DNA from: Candidatus Woesearchaeota archaeon
Lineage (GTDB): Archaea > Nanobdellota > Nanobdellia > Woesearchaeales > UBA9642
Direction of reading: 5' to 3'
Assembly: GCA_003599145.1 (NCBI GenBank)
Contig: QZIT01000005.1
Span: 512,330 to 576,329, forward strand
Length of the DNA: 64,000 bases
In this document: positions 57,234 to 64,000 of the stretch, one piece after another
Layout of the letters: every line of letters starts with the position of its first letter
Numbering within the stretch: position 1 is the first letter of the stretch
Position numbers and translations under genes: made by a program
Notes under the pieces: model-generated
Databases searched by the model: none
The model's input: the letters and a program-made list of their open reading frames with translations, nothing else
What the model was told of the DNA's origin: nothing

Positions 57234-58154
57234 TCAGCGAACAATCTGAACATCTTTGCTGGAAGTCTGAAAGTACAAGTAATCTGTTTGGATGGTCAAA
57301 ATATCTGGTTGGCTGATGAACGTTAGCTCCAAAGGATCACCTATCAATTTGCAGTTCACGGTGCCTTCATTATTCATAAAATTCACAGGATTGGGATTAC
57401 AATCTAATGGTCTGTTGAAGAGACTTGCATTAATAATCAATTTACCCCATAGCTGAGTTGGAGACTCTTTAAGCACACACTGTTGCTGTATAGATTGCTC
57501 TGTTTTCTGAATCATAGTTCCCCCACCTACATTTTTAAGCGTGATGGCAAAAGAAGGCGTCACTCTATTATCTGAAACAGTCATTCTTGGCTCTACTCTC
57601 GTTATGGCAACAGGAGCTCCCTGATTTGCAAAGGTAAGCAGTTTTGCGCTGCAACTTTTTTTTCTTGCATCAAGATTAAAAGGATCTTTGTCTATGCAGA
57701 CATCTGCTGTTAATTTTGTTGTATAAGGATAGCAAACATTCATCAGTATTTTAGAAGACGGACTTTCCCTTTGACCTTCTATGGTCCTAGCATGGAACAA
57801 GTAACTATACGTTTCTAAAGAACCTTCTTGATTAAAGTAATGCTTACCAGGTAGCTCAATTTCTGTTGGTTCTTCAGAACCATTCAAGGTGAAGTAATAG
57901 CTATCATAGATGAAATAGAGATAGCCCTCTGTTTTTTCATCTTTGGATATATTAAAAGCCCCTGCATTTTGAACTTTGACAATAACATTAAAATCTTCTT
58001 CTTGAAATATTTTTGCAGGAGGCGCATTTTTCATAAACTCTGTTTTTAATCCATAAGGCCCTTTGTAAGGATTAAAAGACGATGGCTGCTTGGTTGTTGA
58101 AGTGCAAGCAGTAAGCAGCAACAAGGCAACCATGGCGATGAATACATATTTCAT
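57234..58154 (-). CDS. Surface lipoprotein, paralog 2
   Basis: Lipobox-like LTAC; VCYPYTT..CID, QGAPVAITRVE, NVGGG and YLY; ATGA overlap with the upstream gene. Confidence 0.8.
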   Translation of the reverse strand: MKYVFIAMVALLLLTACTSTTKQPSSFNPYKGPYGLKTEFMKNAPPAKIFQEEDFNVIVKVQNAGAFNISKDEKTEGYLYFIYDSYYFTLNGSEEPTEIELPGKHYFNQEGSLETYSYLFHARTIEGQRESPSSKILMNVCYPYTTKLTADVCIDKDPFNLDARKKSCSAKLLTFANQGAPVAITRVEPRMTVSDNRVTPSFAITLKNVGGGTMIQKTEQSIQQQCVLKESPTQLWGKLIINASLFNRPLDCNPNPVNFMNNEGTVNCKLIGDPLELTFISQPDILTIQTDYLYFQTSSKDVQIVR

Positions 58155-60682
58155 CTTGGAGCACCTATCTGTACAGATTTTGTTTTCGAAAGTTCATAAT
58201 CATAAGACGCTATAACGATAAACGTATTTACAGATATTCCTCCATCCCCAAGTAAATCATCTGCATAGGCTGTTTTATTTTCAGGATTAAGAACATACTC
58301 AGAAACAGCACAGGAGTAATATTCGTTAAGGAAGGCATTTTTATCAAAAACTTCAACGCCTGAAGGATTATAACTAAAGCGATAGATGCTGTGAATAGGT
58401 TTAGAGCCTCCTGGCAAATAGTGCGAGGGTATTGGCCCTTTTTTCAACCCCTGACCGGTAACAGACTCCATAATCATGCCATTGCCTGTGTAAAGGGCAA
58501 CATGACCAACACCATCTCCTTGAGGATTGGTAAAAACAATATCGCCTGGTTTTGCATTTGCATTTATTTCTGTTAAAGAACAATCTGGACTGGAAGGAGT
58601 TATCTGTTTATCTCCGCATATAAGTTTTGCATTCATGCTTCTCGCCAATCTTAAATAACCTGAAGCAGACAGCCGTTCTGAGAATCCAGGAACGCCTGCA
58701 TGACTCATAACCCAATAGGTCCATCCAGAGCAATCAAAACCTTCTTCCGGGCTTTCCCCTCCATATTGATAACAAGTATCTTCTCCTGTAGGACCGTATT
58801 TTTCATAATAGTAATTTGCAATGCCCATAACACATTGCGAGGTTTTGCAAGGAACTATGGGTTCTTCCGGCGTAATGCAAAATGTTGGTGTCTTTTGAAT
58901 AATAAACGTATCTGATGTATTTTCCATTTTTAATCTGCATCTGACGGTTAAATACTCTGAGTTCACATTTGCAGGTATATCAACAAACGTGTAATTGGTG
59001 TACTTTCCATCTTCTGCAACGTGAACATTCTGAAGGTTTTTAGGATCTTTGGTATTGCAGGTTGTTAAATCAAGCTGCAAAGGTTTGGGAATTCTAAACG
59101 TCAACTGGTTAATTTTAACAACTTTTCCCAAAGGATCACTGTTTTGAATGGTTATGCCAAAAACGGGCAGGATAGGATTTTCTTTGCTCACTGCCATTGG
59201 CTGTTCAGGAGGATTTCTGATATCAACTAATCCTAATTTTACAGGTCCATTGGTATAGACTGCTTCGGGATATCTTGCTATTTGATATAAGCTTACAGGG
59301 TCTTTATTTTCAGAGCGCAAATTTCTCAATAAATCTCTATCCATAAACGTGTAGGTAACATAGCCCCATGTCTGAAAGTTAAAGGTTGACTTGAATGTAA
59401 ACTGATGGCTTTGTTTAGTAAAATCAATAGTTGTTGGACCTAAAGCAGGTCCGATGTTGCATTGCAAATAATAAGTTTCTAACTCAGAAATGCCGAATCC
59501 TGCAGGGTCAACTAACCCTTCATAATCATCCAGAAAACACTTATTCGTTACTTTTGCTTCATCAACAAATGTTCTTCCTGTTACTGTAATATACCCCCCT
59601 ATAGGGTCTCCGTATTCAAAATAAGTATAATAAGGCTCTATCTCTCCAAACGTAACTCCTAACTGTACACCTTTATTTTTCTCAACTTCTGCTGCGTAAT
59701 AGGGATCTGCTGCAACTCTTATTTGATAGGTTACGTTTCCTGGTATTCCTAAAGCCACATTCATCATTCTTTTTGCAGCTTCCTTGATGACACTCCACAC
59801 TTTCTGCAAAGGAGACATGACATTTCCATCAGGTCCTGCTGCTGTTATCTGCCCAAAGTCAATAAAGCCAACAACTAAAAAGGAAACAAGAATAACGACC
59901 CAAATTGCTTTGATCGTTCCAAAGAAATAATCGAAGTGTTTTGCAGTATAAACAGGCCATGCAGGAACCAATACTAAAAACAGATTGAACAAATCTCCGT
60001 AGCTTAATCCTCCAAATGCATCTCCTGTAGGAATAACGGTTCTCAGTAAAGGAATGAAAATGCTTGCTGCAGAAATTGCAAAATATCCGAAAATGTGCCA
60101 TGCTCCGCCAAAATTTCCAGGCTGCCTAAAAACAAAAAACCAAGCAAGGATTGCAAAAATCAGATAAACAATATATGCATGATCATACAAGGCACCTGTT
60201 CTTTGAAATCCATAGCCAAAAGCATCAATCAAATGCCAAATTAACGTTAACCAAAAAAACCATTTGTACGCATTGTTTGTCCCTTGATTTTTTAACCAGC
60301 TTGCTGTTCCTCCAATACCTTGAGCTGTTTTTTGCACTGCACCTTTGCCCATTTGATAACCAACAGCTCCAACTGTTGCTCCTACTGCTGCAGTTGCCAA
60401 GGTTCCTCTACCCATAGCTTTTGTTCCTTTCCAAAGTCCTTTTCCTGTTGCCTTCATTCCTTTTTTAGTGTAATTACCATATCTTGCAAATCGTTCACGC
60501 ATACTTTCCTTTAACTGTTCTTCCACTTGCTCTTCTGACGGTTGCTGAGTTTGTTGAATAGGCTGTTCTATCCTGCTTTGCTTAGCAGGTTCTTCGTCCA
60601 TCTGAGAACTCGCCCTTCTATCTTTAATTTTAATCCGCGAGGCGTCTCTTTCCTGCTCATTGTAAGGGCTAACGTTAACCAT
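58151..60682 (-). CDS. Polytopic membrane protein with the same surface module and an inserted NlpC/P60 hydrolase domain
   Basis: Cytoplasmic Gln/Glu-rich N-terminus, about 5 TM helices, NGPV and F.ITI.N motifs; YQYGG...GFDCSGW; PGDIVF; GHVALY.G.G.IME. Confidence 0.85.
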   Translation of the reverse strand: MVNVSPYNEQERDASRIKIKDRRASSQMDEEPAKQSRIEQPIQQTQQPSEEQVEEQLKESMRERFARYGNYTKKGMKATGKGLWKGTKAMGRGTLATAAVGATVGAVGYQMGKGAVQKTAQGIGGTASWLKNQGTNNAYKWFFWLTLIWHLIDAFGYGFQRTGALYDHAYIVYLIFAILAWFFVFRQPGNFGGAWHIFGYFAISAASIFIPLLRTVIPTGDAFGGLSYGDLFNLFLVLVPAWPVYTAKHFDYFFGTIKAIWVVILVSFLVVGFIDFGQITAAGPDGNVMSPLQKVWSVIKEAAKRMMNVALGIPGNVTYQIRVAADPYYAAEVEKNKGVQLGVTFGEIEPYYTYFEYGDPIGGYITVTGRTFVDEAKVTNKCFLDDYEGLVDPAGFGISELETYYLQCNIGPALGPTTIDFTKQSHQFTFKSTFNFQTWGYVTYTFMDRDLLRNLRSENKDPVSLYQIARYPEAVYTNGPVKLGLVDIRNPPEQPMAVSKENPILPVFGITIQNSDPLGKVVKINQLTFRIPKPLQLDLTTCNTKDPKNLQNVHVAEDGKYTNYTFVDIPANVNSEYLTVRCRLKMENTSDTFIIQKTPTFCITPEEPIVPCKTSQCVMGIANYYYEKYGPTGEDTCYQYGGESPEEGFDCSGWTYWVMSHAGVPGFSERLSASGYLRLARSMNAKLICGDKQITPSSPDCSLTEINANAKPGDIVFTNPQGDGVGHVALYTGNGMIMESVTGQGLKKGPIPSHYLPGGSKPIHSIYRFSYNPSGVEVFDKNAFLNEYYSCAVSEYVLNPENKTAYADDLLGDGGISVNTFIVIASYDYELSKTKSVQIGAPR

Positions 60683-60722
60683 TGCTTACTTTGAAGCTTG
60701 GTGGTATATAAATATTTAGAAA

Positions 60723-61919
60723 TTAGTCGTTCTCTTCAATGAAAACTTTTAAATCAACAATATCCAGCGTTGTTCTTGGCTCTAACTCGATGGCGTTGGT
60801 GCCGTGCCTTAGATAATTGTCAACGTTCTTCTCGTACTGTATTTTATCGGTGTCAAAGGTGAAGGAAATGCCGTTAAAGGTTATAGTTCCCTGCTTGTTA
60901 TCCCTGTCATTGACAAACCGCAGGCGTATGGTTGCATTATACTTGCTTTCCAAAACATCATCATCAGGGTCATCTTCATCAATAGTCTGAAAAAACTCAT
61001 CATCGACTTCAAAATAGTAAATAGGATATAACTGCTCCTTCATGCTCGTCCTCACTCTCAAATTATCAACCAAGTAAGAACCCCTGTCTGTCTTGAATTG
61101 CAAAATGTTGTCTCCTTGATAAATATCGTCAGGATTAAGCAAAACATCATTTTTTACGCCGCAATCTGCGATGGCCGAGTACACAATCTTATGGTTGAGC
61201 CATATCAGCAAGGTTCCTACTGCTTTGCTATCGCAGCGAGGGAAAAAAGTGAGGCTTCCTCTTTCGAGGTTTTGTTTTTCCACATCAGAAACAAAAAAGT
61301 GTTGTTCGCTTGCACTGGTCGTTACATCTTTAAAGTTCGCCGTTACCTTAATATTTTCAAAAGAATATTCGTTAATTCTCCAAAATGCCCATCCTGGACT
61401 GGAAACTCTAAACTCTAACGTATTTTTTCCCTTAATAAGGTCTGAAGGCAAAGGTATCGGTTCAGGGCTTCCTTTTTCCACTTCTCCATTAAAAATCTCG
61501 TTTCCATTCAAAAACAAGATAAGTCTTCCATCTGCAGCCTCGAGATTAAAGGACAATAAAAAGTCATTTAAGTTTTCCCCGGAGTCAAAAGACATGGTTG
61601 CGAAGGATTTTTCAAAAACACCATTTCTTGAATAGAGAGACTTCACTTCCTTCAGCACTTCTCCAGACTCTGTTGAGTACATCCTGAAGGATGGCAATTC
61701 ATGGCTTCGTTCGTCAAATTTCAAATAGTCAATTCTTCCAGGATGCTCCAGTAAAAGAGTCTTATTCAAGTTTGCATCACTGTTTCCATCGTCGTCAGTG
61801 CTGTTTTCACCTAACAAATCAGTCCTCACATCAGGAGGGAGGAACAGAATGTAAAGAATAATAGCGAGTGTTATTAAAGCAACCATAATTGCTGCATTCG
61901 AACCAGACTGTGCTTTCAT
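60723..61919 (-). CDS. Acidic beta-rich surface protein with class III (prepilin-type) signal peptide
   Basis: MKA/Q followed by a hydrophobic helix; about three repeated units of the form L.I..N..(I/F)...L..G.N.(L/I). Confidence 0.75.
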   Translation of the reverse strand: MKAQSGSNAAIMVALITLAIILYILFLPPDVRTDLLGENSTDDDGNSDANLNKTLLLEHPGRIDYLKFDERSHELPSFRMYSTESGEVLKEVKSLYSRNGVFEKSFATMSFDSGENLNDFLLSFNLEAADGRLILFLNGNEIFNGEVEKGSPEPIPLPSDLIKGKNTLEFRVSSPGWAFWRINEYSFENIKVTANFKDVTTSASEQHFFVSDVEKQNLERGSLTFFPRCDSKAVGTLLIWLNHKIVYSAIADCGVKNDVLLNPDDIYQGDNILQFKTDRGSYLVDNLRVRTSMKEQLYPIYYFEVDDEFFQTIDEDDPDDDVLESKYNATIRLRFVNDRDNKQGTITFNGISFTFDTDKIQYEKNVDNYLRHGTNAIELEPRTTLDIVDLKVFIEEND

Positions 61920-61967
61920 ATCGTTACATTAATAAGCTTTATATATATAAATTTTGTTGTTACTGTT

Positions 61968-62984
61968 ATGAGGATTCTTTCAAAGGACTTAAAAAAAGGA
62001 TATATCAAGCTTCAGGCTCAAACCAATGAAGATTTATGGTATTTAAGCCAGATCATTGAACAAGGAGACTTAGTTAAAGGAGAGGCTGAAAGAAAAATCA
62101 AGTTAGGGGGAAGCGAGGAAAAAACAACCGTTGTTAAAAAGAAGGTATTTGTGGAGATTCAAGCTGAAAAGATAGAGTACGATGTTGTTTTGAGGGTTTT
62201 AGGCACTATTGTAGAATGTCCTGATGATTTGCCAAAAGGAAGCCATCAAAATATAACCGTAGAACCCCATTCAGTCATTGCCATAACCAAAGAATGGCTG
62301 TCCATTCACTTAGAAAAATTAAAGCAGGCGCAGGAGCAAAAGATAAACATGCTCTTGGTTCTTTTTGACAGAGAGCATGCGTTGTTTGTTGTCTTGGATA
62401 ATACAGGAACAAAGATGCTTGCAGAGGTTTCAGGAAACGTGAACAAAAAAAACTATGAAAATTCTGGAAATGATTTTTTCAAAGAACTCGCAAAAGAAAT
62501 CGAGGCATATCAGAAAAGATTTGCAACGATTATTGCAGCAAGCCCTTCTTTTTGGAATGATTATTTGCTTAAAGAGCTGAAAAACAAGGAGGGCATCATT
62601 TTTGCCAGTTGTTCAGAAGTAAGCGAAAGCGCAGTGCGGGAAGTGCTCAAAAGACCTGAATTGAAAAATGCACTCGAGCAAAGCAGAATTGCAAGCGATG
62701 AAACGCTTATGCAACGGCTTCTTGGAGAGGTTGCAAAAAACAACGCATTTTATGGAGTCAAAGAAGCAGAAGAAAAAATCTCTTCAGGTAACGTTACTGT
62801 GCTGATGGTTAGCGAGCATTTCTTGAAAGAAGCTAGAGAAAAAAAAAACTACAAAGATATTGAACAGCTCATGAAAACTGCAGAAAAAATGCATGCAGAG
62901 CTTCACATTTTAGAAAGCAAACAGCTTGATGGCTTGGGAGGCATTGCAGGAATATTACGATGGAAAGACTACAAGAGCTCATAG
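61968..62984 (+). CDS. pelA: Pelota (ribosome rescue factor)
   Basis: EDLWYL..II..GD.V...ERK, LRVLGTI, GSH and QLDGLGGIAGILRW. Confidence 0.93.
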   Translation: MRILSKDLKKGYIKLQAQTNEDLWYLSQIIEQGDLVKGEAERKIKLGGSEEKTTVVKKKVFVEIQAEKIEYDVVLRVLGTIVECPDDLPKGSHQNITVEPHSVIAITKEWLSIHLEKLKQAQEQKINMLLVLFDREHALFVVLDNTGTKMLAEVSGNVNKKNYENSGNDFFKELAKEIEAYQKRFATIIAASPSFWNDYLLKELKNKEGIIFASCSEVSESAVREVLKRPELKNALEQSRIASDETLMQRLLGEVAKNNAFYGVKEAEEKISSGNVTVLMVSEHFLKEAREKKNYKDIEQLMKTAEKMHAELHILESKQLDGLGGIAGILRWKDYKSS

Positions 62985-63805
62985 CGCTCATAAAGCAAAA
63001 AAGAGAATTGAAAAACCTCGATGATGATGTTGTTAGAGAAAAGATCATGCTCATCTTGAAAAAAAACAACAACACGAAAATAGAGTCTCTTGTTAAGAAG
63101 AAAGACATAAAAAAAATAATCAAGGAAACCAGGGCAGAATTAAGAAAAGTGTATGGCGTTTTTTTGCAGGACAAGTATGCGTCAAAAGATAAACTGCTAG
63201 AAGAGCTTGTTGCACTGTTGAAGGCAGAAAAAAGCCAGGAAAGAAAAAAAGAGATAGCCAAAACCTATTGCGATAAAATACTCCTGCTCCATCAATCAAC
63301 CAAAGAAAGGCTTCCTCACTATGAAGAGGTTTATAGCAGCATTTTCAAAATAACCAAAAAACCAAAAAGCATTTTAGATCTTGCCTGCGGTCTCAATCCT
63401 GCAAGCTATTTTTATTTGCACAGCACTCCGCATTATTTTGCGTCAGACCTAAACCAAGATGACAGCGATTTTCTGAATAGATTTTTTCAGGCTCTAAAAG
63501 TAAACGGCCATGCAGAAAAAAAAGATTTGTTGAAAGAGCAAACATATCAAAAAGCAGACGTCTGTTTTTTATTCAAGGCGCTTGATTCTTTAGAAAGAGT
63601 AAAAAGAAATGTCAGCAAAGAACTTTTGCAGAACATCCCCTCCAGCCACATCGTTGTTAGTTTTCCTAAAGCATCATTAAGCAGCAAAAAAACAATACGG
63701 TTGGAAAAAAGAAACTGGTTTTTTAGGTTGTTGAAAGAGCTTGCATGGGAATATCAAACTTTTGAAGTGCAAAATGAGCTTTTCTTCGTAGTGAAAAAGA
63801 AATAA
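62960..63805 (+). CDS. 16S rRNA m7G1405 methyltransferase-like protein (ArmA/RmtB/FmrO family)
   Basis: LHQSTKERLP, ILDLACGLNP, D....FK.L..LE, VVSFP..SL and C-terminal NEL.FV. Confidence 0.82.
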   Translation: MERLQELIALIKQKRELKNLDDDVVREKIMLILKKNNNTKIESLVKKKDIKKIIKETRAELRKVYGVFLQDKYASKDKLLEELVALLKAEKSQERKKEIAKTYCDKILLLHQSTKERLPHYEEVYSSIFKITKKPKSILDLACGLNPASYFYLHSTPHYFASDLNQDDSDFLNRFFQALKVNGHAEKKDLLKEQTYQKADVCFLFKALDSLERVKRNVSKELLQNIPSSHIVVSFPKASLSSKKTIRLEKRNWFFRLLKELAWEYQTFEVQNELFFVVKKK

Positions 63806-63926
63806 CACACCCCAATAGCAAAAACGTGAAACTATTGCAGGTGAGTGAAAAAACGTAACATATTTAAAGTAGTACACAATAAGTGGTTAAAAAGGGGTGA
63901 TTGACCCTAGAGGGGGGTTGAAGACT

Positions 63927-64000
63927 ATGATTGTAAAAGAAGAGTTTTTAAGTAAATTGAGAAGGTATTTTTCTTTGAACCTCTATGAGGTTAAGATTTG
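63927..64000 (+). CDS. Start of a TrmB-like regulator (truncated by window edge)
   Basis: MIVKEEFLSKLRRYFSLNLYEVKI, after a G-rich SD. Confidence 0.6.
   Translation, partial: MIVKEEFLSKLRRYFSLNLYEVKI

Overview
This is a gene-dense, AT-rich archaeal chromosome segment. Archaeal markers read directly from the sequence are PCNA, RFC small subunit, FEN1, Hjc, a histone, PAN, pelota, EndA, an archaeal-type TyrRS, TATA/BRE promoters, GGTGA-type SD sites and a tRNA-Leu(CAA) with a bulge-helix-bulge intron. Gene style (TrmB/Lrp expansions, KAQ/KSQ prepilin-type signal peptides, many orphans) suggests a DPANN genome, probably Woesearchaeota; this placement is inference. The window also holds a P-type cation ATPase (cut by the edge), purF, a six-gene copper cluster, a TreT-like glycosyltransferase, RNase J, RNase Z, scpB, gyrA and two PRC-barrel genes. 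No CRISPR array, integrase, transposase or rRNA was seen. Top leads: (1) a 7 kb cluster at 54.8-61.9 kb of paralogous lipoprotein/membrane surface proteins plus a prepilin-like protein, where the polytopic member carries an intact NlpC/P60 cell-wall-hydrolase domain inserted inside the shared module; (2) a phage-type 5-hmdU DNA kinase family gene beside a bacterial-type FabH and a structured small transcript, with a DNPH1-like hydrolase nearby; (3) five divergent regulator/orphan cassettes, the TrmB ones each with a different palindromic operator; (4) three adjacent genes sharing a gapless 66-aa coiled-coil module; (5) a tandem dCTP-deaminase/dUTPase-fold protein with active-site motifs split between its halves; (6) an ArmA/RmtB-like 16S methyltransferase coupled to pelota. 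All family calls come from motif recognition by eye; no searches were run.
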